A DNA stretch of 64,000 bases from Chlamydiota bacterium (GTDB taxonomy: Bacteria; Chlamydiota; Chlamydiia; Chlamydiales; 2-12-FULL-49-11): the NCBI GenBank assembly GCA_947478685.1, contig CANJWO010000001.1, positions 32,092 through 96,091 on the forward strand. Reading direction: 5' to 3'. A model generated the notes under the pieces. That model searched no databases. It was given only the letters and a program-made list of their open reading frames with translations, and was not told the origin of the DNA. The translations under genes were made by a program, and so were the position numbers. Position 1 is the stretch's first letter, and each line of letters starts with the position of its first letter. This document shows, one piece after another, positions 17,473-25,370 of this stretch.

Positions 17473-18186
17473 ATGTACACACTTGGTTCTAATGTAATAT
17501 TTCAAGCTTATGCTGAATCAGATAGTTTTGGCAAATCGATTTTTATCGCCCTTTTTATCCTTTCGTTTGTGATCTGGTTTGTCCTTATTCAAAAGGTCAT
17601 TCTTTTTCAAAAGTGTCGCAAAGCTGCTAATAAGATGCAAGAGACGATCAAATTAAAGCAATCTACAGTCCTTCAAGTTCCAGCAACAGAACTATCTCCC
17701 GCAAGCCCATTTACGAATATCTATTTGGCGTTAAAAGAAAAGACGGTGGAGCTCCTAGATAAAAATATTTTTTTTGTAAAAAAAGAGAATGTCTTTTTAT
17801 CAGATGCCGATATTGATCTCATCGAAGCTTTCACAATTAATACCATTTGCAAAGAGTCAAAAAAATTAGAGAAAAATCTGTTTATCCTCTCTACATCAGT
17901 ATCACTTGCCCCATTTATTGGGATACTTGGAACTGTTTGGGGAATTCTTATTTGCCTTGGAGAGATGCAAAAAGGGGGAGCTGTCCATTCCAACACACTA
18001 ATTTTATCAGGTCTCTCGATGGCTCTTGCCACTACAGTTTTAGGGCTTGTCATCGCAATTCCAGCTCTTATTGCCCATAGCTACTTAAAAAATTCTCTCA
18101 AAGGTTTTCAAACTGAAATGGAAGACTTTAGCAACTTGCTCATCTCAACAATAGAGTTACAATATAGAAAAGTATCAGCGACATGA
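17473..18186 (+). CDS. tolQ: MotA/TolQ/ExbB proton-channel protein
   Basis: 237 aa. LGTVWGI and GLSMALATTVLGLVIAIPALIAHSYL motifs. Followed by tolR, a tolA-like gene, tolB and pal. Confidence 0.88.
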   Translation: MYTLGSNVIFQAYAESDSFGKSIFIALFILSFVIWFVLIQKVILFQKCRKAANKMQETIKLKQSTVLQVPATELSPASPFTNIYLALKEKTVELLDKNIFFVKKENVFLSDADIDLIEAFTINTICKESKKLEKNLFILSTSVSLAPFIGILGTVWGILICLGEMQKGGAVHSNTLILSGLSMALATTVLGLVIAIPALIAHSYLKNSLKGFQTEMEDFSNLLISTIELQYRKVSAT

Positions 18187-18602
18187 GAAAACGTATCCAT
18201 TTTCCTGATTCTAATGATGATGGAGAGTTAATTAACTTAACACCACTTCTTGACGTCCTATTTCTAATTTTGGTTTTTTTTATTCTTATCGCACCCCTCC
18301 TTGATTTTGATCGCCTTGAACTAGCTGCATCCTCCGATAACAAGCAAGAACTCTCCCCTCTCAATGAAAATTCCCAGATTAAAATTTATGTTCAAAAAGA
18401 TAATTCTATTTGGCTTGGCACTCATGCTGTCTCTTTTTCTGATCTATCGATTGCCCTTGATCAATATTACAAAAGCTTCCCGAGCGATATCCCTCAACTC
18501 TATCAAGATCAAAATGCATCATTTGGCACCTACCAAAAAATTAAAAACCTAATTGAATCGATCGGCTTTGAACAGTTAGACGTGGTATTAAAAACTGAAT
18601 AA
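18183..18602 (+). CDS. tolR: ExbD/TolR biopolymer transport protein
   Basis: 139 aa. INLTPLLDVLFLILVFFIL anchor. ATGA start/stop overlap with tolQ. Confidence 0.88.
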   Translation: MRKRIHFPDSNDDGELINLTPLLDVLFLILVFFILIAPLLDFDRLELAASSDNKQELSPLNENSQIKIYVQKDNSIWLGTHAVSFSDLSIALDQYYKSFPSDIPQLYQDQNASFGTYQKIKNLIESIGFEQLDVVLKTE

Positions 18603-18633
18603 CCAATACACATAAATGAAAAAAGAAATTTTC

Positions 18634-18733
18634 ACCACAGAGATCACAGAGGACACAGAGACAGAAAAGAATAAAAAAGTTTTTTTGCGCGCAGCGCCTC
18701 TGTGTCCTCTGTGTCCTCTGTGATCTCTGTGGT
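18634..18733. repeat. Long perfect hairpin whose arms are 9-nt tandem repeats
   Basis: 18634-18660 (ACCACAGAGATCACAGAGGACACAGAG) is the exact reverse complement of 18707-18733. The units are CACAGAGNN on the left and CCTCTGTGN on the right. The loop is 46 nt and AT-rich runs flank both sides. Confidence 0.9.
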
Positions 18734-18804
18734 AAATATTTTTTTACAAGGTGATCATAAATTATGTCGATAGTGGTATCCACTTATTATTTAGGTATGC
18801 TTCA

Positions 18805-19425
18805 ATGAAACCCCTCTCTTTAAATTCTAAAATTTGGGTTGCTGTAGTTATTGTACACCTAATCGGGATCATATTTATTTCGACATCTACAGTTAAAGAA
18901 AAACCACCCCAAAAAAAGCTCCATATTGTTACAAAGCATTTTACCCCTAAAACAGTCGTACCTACCTTAGTCCATAAAATTGAAAAGTCATCTCCCCTTC
19001 CCCCTCTTCCAAAAAAACCCCTTCAAAATAAAATTGTCCCTTTGAAAAAAGCCCCTCCTCAAGCAAAAGCTAAACCACCTCAAAAATCTTCCAAGCAAGT
19101 CTTAAAAAAAATTGACCAGAGACTTGCAAAACCCCACACGCCCCCTCCGAAAGCACCCCCACCTCAAGTAGTAGAAATAGCACTCCCCTCCTATGTCGAC
19201 TCTGCTTGCCTAATTTTTAGAGACGCACTTCTTCTTCCCGAAAAAGGGCAAGTAAAGCTCACAGTCTCAATGGAATCAAATGGTAAGATTGGCAAAATGG
19301 AGATTGAAACATTTGAAAGTAAGAAAAATCTCGAGTATTTGATGGCCATCTTACCCACACTCTCCCTCCCTTATCCTGAAAAAGGAAAAGAGATCAGCTT
19401 TACTGTTTTGTTTTGCAATGATTAG
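18805..19425 (+). CDS. tolA: TolA/TonB-like protein (membrane anchor, Pro/Lys-rich linker, C-terminal domain)
   Basis: The ATG at 18805 gives MKPLSLNSKIWVAVVIVHLIGIIFIST, followed by PLPPLPKKPLQNK..PPQAKAKPPQK..PPPKAPPPQ. The track start at 18751 (GTG) lies just past the right arm of the hairpin (18707-18733), within its AT-rich 3' flank. Confidence 0.75.
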   Translation: MKPLSLNSKIWVAVVIVHLIGIIFISTSTVKEKPPQKKLHIVTKHFTPKTVVPTLVHKIEKSSPLPPLPKKPLQNKIVPLKKAPPQAKAKPPQKSSKQVLKKIDQRLAKPHTPPPKAPPPQVVEIALPSYVDSACLIFRDALLLPEKGQVKLTVSMESNGKIGKMEIETFESKKNLEYLMAILPTLSLPYPEKGKEISFTVLFCND

Positions 19426-19474
19426 CTGGATATTGGTAAATTAAATATAAAACATACCATTCTTGAGAGACGAA

Positions 19475-20827
19475 ATGATACGCCATTTACTATATTCTTT
19501 TGCAATGATTACCTGTCTATTTAGCGATGAAGTTGTTGTCCATCTTCAAACTGATGTTGGGGGGACATCTAATATTTATTTAGCTGGTATACGGCCACTT
19601 GAGACCTCTTATGAGCAGGCTATTAATGACACATTAAGGACCGATCTTGGAATGTTTGAAAAAGCTAAATTGCTAGAGATCAATGAATCAATGCAGTTTT
19701 ATGCTCACAATTCTGATCCAGCTGTTGCCTTTCAAACAGCTACTTGGCGAAGCTTAAATACAAAATTTGTTGTTGTCCCTAAAATAGAAAAACAGATGCT
19801 TCACATCCAAATTTTTGATGTCAGTACAGCAACACTAAAAACATTAACTCCAATTCCTCTCACTCAAAACATTTCGAAGGATTTACATAAGATCCACAGG
19901 GCATCTGACCTTATCTGTAAGCTTGCATTTGGCAGCGGTGGAATTGCATCTAAAAGAATTCTTTATTCGTATCAACCTAAAAGTGTAAGTGATGAAAATG
20001 AAGCGTGGCGTTCCGAAATATGGGAAATGGATTACGATGGAAGAAATCAAAAACAGATCACCGGGGAAGAGAGCTATTGCATTACCCCAGCATTTATTCC
20101 GAATCCAAATCATCCCGAAAATTACTCCTTCTTATATGTAACTTACAAACAAGGTCCTCCACGCATTTATATCTCCTCTAGAAACAGACTGAAGGGGGTC
20201 CCTCTCATTCCACTTAGAGGCAATCAACTGCTCCCTACTCTATCACTAAACCAAGACAAAATTGCTTTTATTTCAGATGCAAGCGGGAGGGCAGATCTCT
20301 TTATTCAACCCTATCATCCTGAAAAAGGGGCAATTGGAAAGCCTTTTCAACTCTACTCTTTTCCAAGTAGCGTTCAAGCCTCTCCCTCTTTCCATCCAGA
20401 CGGCTCCAAATTAGCATTTGTTTCAGATAAAAACGGGACTCCAAAAATCTATATTCTTGATGCAGTTATTCCCGCAAATGACTCTCTTCAAAACAGAAAA
20501 ACGCCTGAACCTAAGCTGCTTTCAAAAACAACACCGAGCAGCACATCTCCTAGCTGGTCACCTGATGGAAAAAAAATCGCATTCTCTGCAAAAATAAATG
20601 GGGTGGGACAAATTTGGATCTATGATATAGAACAAGGTGAGGAGAAACAATTGACAACAGGTCCCTGTGATAAGGAAAATCCTTCATGGGCATCCAACAG
20701 CCTACACCTAGTCTATAATACGACCTCTCCTACACATGATATTTATATGATTAACTTAAACAATCCTTTTCCCATCCGCCTTACAGAAGGCCCAGGGATT
20801 AAACATTACCCCGTATTTGAACCGTGA
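19475..20827 (+). CDS. tolB: Tol-Pal system beta-propeller protein TolB
   Basis: About 450 aa. Repeated PSFHPDGSKLAFVSD and PSWSPDGKKIAFSA blades. Position is between the tolA-like gene and pal. The ATG at 19475 lies inside the track ORF that starts at 19463 (TTG). Confidence 0.88.
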   Translation: MIRHLLYSFAMITCLFSDEVVVHLQTDVGGTSNIYLAGIRPLETSYEQAINDTLRTDLGMFEKAKLLEINESMQFYAHNSDPAVAFQTATWRSLNTKFVVVPKIEKQMLHIQIFDVSTATLKTLTPIPLTQNISKDLHKIHRASDLICKLAFGSGGIASKRILYSYQPKSVSDENEAWRSEIWEMDYDGRNQKQITGEESYCITPAFIPNPNHPENYSFLYVTYKQGPPRIYISSRNRLKGVPLIPLRGNQLLPTLSLNQDKIAFISDASGRADLFIQPYHPEKGAIGKPFQLYSFPSSVQASPSFHPDGSKLAFVSDKNGTPKIYILDAVIPANDSLQNRKTPEPKLLSKTTPSSTSPSWSPDGKKIAFSAKINGVGQIWIYDIEQGEEKQLTTGPCDKENPSWASNSLHLVYNTTSPTHDIYMINLNNPFPIRLTEGPGIKHYPVFEP

Positions 20828-20832
20828 GGAAG

Positions 20833-21513
20833 ATGATGAGACATTATAGATTTTTAAGTTTAATTGCTGTTTCTTTGATCACGTCAGGTTGTACCACAAC
20901 ATTAGCTAATATGTGGGAGAGCACAAAGACCGGCATTCGCGGCGCTAGCTATGCAAGCAAATCACTTATTTCAAAAGATCCAAACTCAAGACTTGTCTCT
21001 ACAACAGCTGAGTTCTTTGGATCTCTTGAACCTGAATTTATCCCTCTAAATGATCAAGATATTCAATCCTACATAGTCTCACAAGCAAAAGAAGTCCCAG
21101 GACTTCCAGGAGGAGCTATTCCAGGCATTAACGCCTTTCACTCCCCCTCTAAAGCCCTTAGCTCCACATTTACCAAGATCTATTTTAATACAGATCAGCA
21201 CACTCCAAAAGACAAAGATAACCTTCTAGCAATCCATAAAATGGCCGTTTTTCTAAAAAAACATCCCTCTGTCTACCTGTTTATCGAAGGGCATACTGAT
21301 GAAAGGGCACCTGAAGCATACAATCTTTCCCTTGGAACCAAACGGAGCAATTGCGTAAGAAACCTCCTCATCAAAGAAGGGGCAAGTCCCGAGCAGCTTT
21401 ACACAATTTCCTATGGCAGAGAGAGACCTGAAACTATCGGTCACAGCGAAAAATCTTGGTCCAAAAACAGAAGAGTTGCCTTCAAACTATACGACAAAGA
21501 AGGCAAACTGTGA
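20833..21513 (+). CDS. pal: Peptidoglycan-associated lipoprotein (OmpA-like domain)
   Basis: Lipobox LITSGC. OmpA-like IEGHTDERAPEAYNLSLGTKRSNCVRNLL and NRRVAF motifs. Start is ATG 20833 or 20836 after GAGGA. Confidence 0.88.
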   Translation: MMRHYRFLSLIAVSLITSGCTTTLANMWESTKTGIRGASYASKSLISKDPNSRLVSTTAEFFGSLEPEFIPLNDQDIQSYIVSQAKEVPGLPGGAIPGINAFHSPSKALSSTFTKIYFNTDQHTPKDKDNLLAIHKMAVFLKKHPSVYLFIEGHTDERAPEAYNLSLGTKRSNCVRNLLIKEGASPEQLYTISYGRERPETIGHSEKSWSKNRRVAFKLYDKEGKL

Positions 21514-22004
21514 AATTTTTAGCTTTTTCATCTCTACTAATATTAACTGGTTGTACGACACTTGGCACGGCTCCACAATCGGAAAAATACCAGATGGAGA
21601 TGACCCTTCACAAAACAAGGGCCGATCTTGAAGAGGCTAAACATGACCTCCACACATTAAAGATGGAACTCTCTATTTTAGAAGGGAAAATGGTCAATCA
21701 TGAAGATCAGATGGCCTCAATAAAAAAAGAGACATTTGATCTCCATCAGACTAAATTAGAAAATTGTCACGTTCAAATTCTTGGTCTAGAACGGAAATTC
21801 ACCCTATTAGAAACAAAACAAGAAGAGATCTTCCTCGGATTCCAGAAAATAGCAAGCGTATCAAACGAAATGTCAAAAGCTCTCGCCCAAGGAAAAGAGA
21901 AGATCAATGAATTAGAGAGATCCCTTGCTACTCAATGCAAAACAGCAACAGAGCTCTCCAAGAAAATGACCCTAGCTCTAGATCAAACAACAAAACTTGA
22001 GTAA
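21510..22004 (+). CDS. Coiled-coil lipoprotein immediately downstream of pal
   Basis: In-frame GTG at 21510 overlaps the pal stop (GTGA) and gives MKFLAFSSLLILTGC (lipobox). The rest is heptad-rich (LEEAKHDLHTLKMELSILEGK..). Confidence 0.65.
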   Translation: MKFLAFSSLLILTGCTTLGTAPQSEKYQMEMTLHKTRADLEEAKHDLHTLKMELSILEGKMVNHEDQMASIKKETFDLHQTKLENCHVQILGLERKFTLLETKQEEIFLGFQKIASVSNEMSKALAQGKEKINELERSLATQCKTATELSKKMTLALDQTTKLE

Positions 22005-22010
22005 TAAATT

Positions 22011-22751
22011 ATGCTTGGAATATTAGATTCAGGTGTAGGTGGATTATCTGTTTGGAAAGAGCTGAAAAAACTCTCTCCTAATAGTGGCGTCCTCTATTTT
22101 GCAGATAATGCAAGAGTCCCTTATGGCAATCTGACTCGAGATAAGATCTTTATCTATTCTAAGGAATCTATTTCCCATTTAATTGATCTTGGTGCAACTT
22201 CTATTGCGATAGCTTGTCATACAATCTCGACCACTACCGGCCCTCTATTAAAACACTCTACCCAAATCCCAATATTGGACATTGCATCCCATTCTATCCC
22301 TCTCCTTACCCCGCTAAATAGGATTGGCATTATAGGGACTAAAGCGACAATTTCATCTGGATATTACCAAAGAGCTCTCGGTGAAAAAATTATTAATGCT
22401 ATTGCCTGCCCCCATTTAGTACCGATGATTGAAAATGGAGAAGTTGATATGGCCCTAATAAAGGCTTCTTTAGAAGGGATCGATCCAACTATTGAGGCAC
22501 TTTTTCTTGCTTGTACACATTTTCCTTTAATAAAAGAGGCTATACAAATTCTTTTTCCTCATATCCCCCTCATCGATCCCGCAATCTCGTTTGCAAAGAG
22601 CCTTCTCCCTCTAGCAAGCGCTGCTCCTGATGAGTTTTATGTCACCAAAGATGCCTCTCATTTCTATAAATCGGCCACTATTTTTTGCGAAGAGAAAAAA
22701 GTTGCTTTCCCTTTTCTGATAAAATCTTTATACTCACCTCTAATTTCATAA
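22011..22751 (+). CDS. murI: Glutamate racemase
   Basis: 246 aa. GILDSGVGGLSV, DNARVPYG, IACHT and ACTHFP (the two catalytic Cys contexts). Confidence 0.88.
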   Translation: MLGILDSGVGGLSVWKELKKLSPNSGVLYFADNARVPYGNLTRDKIFIYSKESISHLIDLGATSIAIACHTISTTTGPLLKHSTQIPILDIASHSIPLLTPLNRIGIIGTKATISSGYYQRALGEKIINAIACPHLVPMIENGEVDMALIKASLEGIDPTIEALFLACTHFPLIKEAIQILFPHIPLIDPAISFAKSLLPLASAAPDEFYVTKDASHFYKSATIFCEEKKVAFPFLIKSLYSPLIS

Positions 22752-22775
22752 TCTAATTAGGGGCTTACCTGTTCC

Positions 22776-23534
22776 ATGAGTCAAAAAAAACGTATATTGT
22801 TAATTGAAGACGAAGAAGATATAGCTGCACTGATTAAACTTCAGGCAGAATTAAGCGGATACAAACTCCATGTCGAAGTTGACGGAATCAACGGCTATAG
22901 AGCTATAGAAAGAGAAAAGCCTGATTTGGTGGTTCTCGATCTTATGCTGCCCGGGATGAACGGATACGACCTCTGTAGGAAAATAAAGGCCAACAGCGAC
23001 CTTAGAAACATCCCTGTAATCATCCTTTCAGCTAAGAGCGAAGAACTCGACGTCCTCCTTGGACTAGAACTTGGTGCTGACGACTACGTCGCAAAGCCCT
23101 TTTCTCCTAAAATTTTAATTTCACGGATTAAAGCAGTTCTCCGTCGTGGCAAAGAGAATGAAAAAATCCCTAAAATCATTACATTTGGCGAATTTACTTT
23201 AGAAGTAGACCGTTATATCCTTCGTAAGAGCGAAAAAACAATAGCCCTTACCCTCTCAGAATTTGGAATCCTAAAAAGACTCCTTATCAACAGAGGCCGG
23301 GTTTTAACTCGAAATCAACTTCTAGATGATATCCATAATGATGACGCCTTCGTAGTTGACCGTAACATTGACGTCCACGTAGCCGCCCTCCGAAGAAAAC
23401 TCGGACCCGGATTTCAATGGATCGACACTGTTCGTGGAGTAGGCTACAGATTCAAAATCAGCCTTACCGAAACTGAAGATGAAGAGATCTTTGTTGACGA
23501 TGAAGAAGAAGCAGAACTCGCTTCAACTATCTAA
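22776..23534 (+). CDS. OmpR/PhoB-family response regulator with acidic C-terminal tail
   Basis: REC domain with LLIEDEEDI, DLVVLDLMLPGMNG (acceptor Asp), ILSAKS and VAKPF. Winged helix ..TVRGVGYRF. Extra tail TETEDEEIFVDDEEEAELASTI. Confidence 0.85.
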   Translation: MSQKKRILLIEDEEDIAALIKLQAELSGYKLHVEVDGINGYRAIEREKPDLVVLDLMLPGMNGYDLCRKIKANSDLRNIPVIILSAKSEELDVLLGLELGADDYVAKPFSPKILISRIKAVLRRGKENEKIPKIITFGEFTLEVDRYILRKSEKTIALTLSEFGILKRLLINRGRVLTRNQLLDDIHNDDAFVVDRNIDVHVAALRRKLGPGFQWIDTVRGVGYRFKISLTETEDEEIFVDDEEEAELASTI

Positions 23535-23541
23535 AAATAGC

Positions 23542-23578
23542 GCCCTATACCATCAAAAGTATAGGGCTCCTTCTTATT
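23542..23578 (+). terminator. Rho-independent terminator candidate after the response regulator
   Basis: GCCCTATAC (23542-23550), an 8-nt loop, GTATAGGGC (23559-23567), then the T-rich TCCTTCTTATT. Confidence 0.6.
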
Positions 23579-23587
23579 CCATTTACT

Positions 23588-23663
23588 GATATACCGCTCG
23601 TGTTTCAAAATTGGAGTTTTCCGTCGCTTGGCATCTCCATCTTTGAATCACTCTCGGTATATC
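23588..23663. other. 76-nt imperfect inverted repeat (candidate structured RNA or binding site)
   Basis: The 29-nt arms GATATACCGCTCGTGTTTCAAAATTGGAG and CTCCATCTTTGAATCACTCTCGGTATATC pair at 23 of 29 positions. The outer 9 bp are perfect and the loop is 18 nt. Confidence 0.6.
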
Positions 23664-23791
23664 CAAAAGCTACTTTTTTACCTGTCTATAATTATGTAAT
23701 TAGCTCATTAAATAAGTTTATTGATTGTGTTTTAATTACAAATATGTTTTTTATAAGGGATAAATGAATAATTATAAAAAAGGTAAACTAT

Positions 23792-24160
23792 ATGAAGCAC
23801 TTCGCACTATTTTTAAGCGCCTTGTTTTTAACTACTTCCTGCGCTAGAAATGGTCAAAATGATATCCCTTCAAAGCAGGCAGATTCTAATTATTCACAAA
23901 AAGTTTCTTTCTCTCTACCAGATGAAGATATGCAATTATTAAAAGAGCATAGCCCGCAGATTTTGAAAAAGATTAAAGATCCAACACCAATGAGTATCGA
24001 TGATATTATCTCCATGCAACAATTGGGTTTTACCTCTGATATATTAATTCGAATCATAAATTTTACTGGAAGCAGGTTTCAATTAACTACTGTCGATGTT
24101 TTAAAACTTCAGGCAGAAGGTGTTCCATTCAAAGTAATCAACTATATGATAAGGACCTAA
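23792..24160 (+). CDS. Hypothetical lipoprotein
   Basis: 122 aa. Signal peptide plus lipobox MKHFALFLSALFLTTSC. Confidence 0.6.
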   Translation: MKHFALFLSALFLTTSCARNGQNDIPSKQADSNYSQKVSFSLPDEDMQLLKEHSPQILKKIKDPTPMSIDDIISMQQLGFTSDILIRIINFTGSRFQLTTVDVLKLQAEGVPFKVINYMIRT

Positions 24161-24253
24161 AATAGGGTAAATAAAAAAATGAAAATTTCGATTGCCAATA
24201 TCTGCCCTTTGGATAATCCTCTAATGAAAAACTTCAAATTTTGGGGCTTTTAA

Positions 24254-25282
24254 GTGGCGACCTTTTACCAAACACAGCGGGATGAGACGTATCACATTCA
24301 TGAGTATGCTGATAAAATAGAAAAAGAGGGCGTTCACCTTTTTTCTAAATTTCGGCAGATGCTGAATTCATATACCCTTTTTCATGCCTCATTCTTTCTT
24401 TTAGCTCTTGTCGAACTATCAATTTTCTCTATTTCCATCATGAATTACACAGAGTCAATCGCATTTATTATTACTCTTGCAAGCATCGTGTTGACAATTT
24501 TTTCCTACTTAATTCTAAACTACTATTTTCAAGGGAAGAAGGTCGAGCAATTCAGAGAGTTGCGAGCAAACTTTCTCCAATCTTGCAAAAAACATATAGT
24601 CCCCTCACTTACAGAAGAAGAGATTCATCTTGCGATTGCAAAAAATTCGTTTCAACTTGCCGCAACACTTGGCCAAAATAGAATTTACGCTCTCTCTCTC
24701 CCCCCTTTCGAGTTTTTTAAAGAGTTTTTATTAAAAAGCAGATTTGTTTTTCATTTTAAAGACGTCCTCATAATGCAAGAGCTTTTAATTCAACTCTCTT
24801 TAGATGAGTATATTGCGGTTCTTAGATCTGAACCTACAGATTTAGCCATTCATACCTCGCTTGCAAATGTCTATATGACCCTTTCCAAAATTTATCAAAG
24901 ATCCCCCGAACTCGCCTCATATATTTCTGATACAATTTTTAAGAAATTAGAACTTCCAGAGAAAATTGAAATTGCTACAAAAAGCGCCATTGAAGAGCTT
25001 AAAATCTTAGACGATCTAGCCCCCAATGATCCCTGGACCCATGCGCAGCTAGCTAGTTGCTTCCACGGGCTTGAGAGATGGGATGATGAACTCTCTGAAT
25101 ATGAAATTCTAGCAAATCTTCGCGCCAAAGATAAAGAGATCATCCTCAGATTAGGTATCCTCTACTTTAAATTAGGCAAAACTGCAAAAGGGCTTCTCTC
25201 TTACGAATCCCTCCGCAAGATCGATGCAAAATACGCCGATCATCTTCTCACCCACTACCACTCCCTAAAACTCACAACCTAA
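24254..25282 (+). CDS. Hypothetical membrane protein with C-terminal TPR-like repeats
   Basis: 342 aa with a GTG start. Two hydrophobic helices at about aa 40-90. The C-terminal LANVYMTLSKIY..LASCFHGLERWDDELSEYEILANL..LGILYFKLGKTAKG pattern is TPR-like. Confidence 0.6.
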   Translation: MATFYQTQRDETYHIHEYADKIEKEGVHLFSKFRQMLNSYTLFHASFFLLALVELSIFSISIMNYTESIAFIITLASIVLTIFSYLILNYYFQGKKVEQFRELRANFLQSCKKHIVPSLTEEEIHLAIAKNSFQLAATLGQNRIYALSLPPFEFFKEFLLKSRFVFHFKDVLIMQELLIQLSLDEYIAVLRSEPTDLAIHTSLANVYMTLSKIYQRSPELASYISDTIFKKLELPEKIEIATKSAIEELKILDDLAPNDPWTHAQLASCFHGLERWDDELSEYEILANLRAKDKEIILRLGILYFKLGKTAKGLLSYESLRKIDAKYADHLLTHYHSLKLTT

Positions 25283-25370
25283 TTTAAATTAAAAGTAGGT
25301 GTGAATTAAAATTTCATTTGTTGTATAAGTAGCGACTTGTATAATCGACTAAAAAACTGTTGGTGAGGGT

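Noticed and set aside
18616-18723. 35-aa plus-strand ORF MKKEIFTTEITEDTETEKNKKVFLRAAPLCPLCPL across the hairpin
   Set aside because: There is no ribosome-binding site. The sequence is dictated by the repeat units, and the ORF ends inside the right arm. There is no independent evidence of coding.
18541-18783. 80-aa minus-strand ORF (..QRSQRTQRTQRR..CLCVLCDLC..) spanning the tolR/tolA spacer
   Set aside because: Its repetitive peptide is just the translation of the 9-nt tandem repeats and their inverted copy. It overlaps the tolR 3' end and the tolA-like 5' region. It is an artefact of the palindrome.
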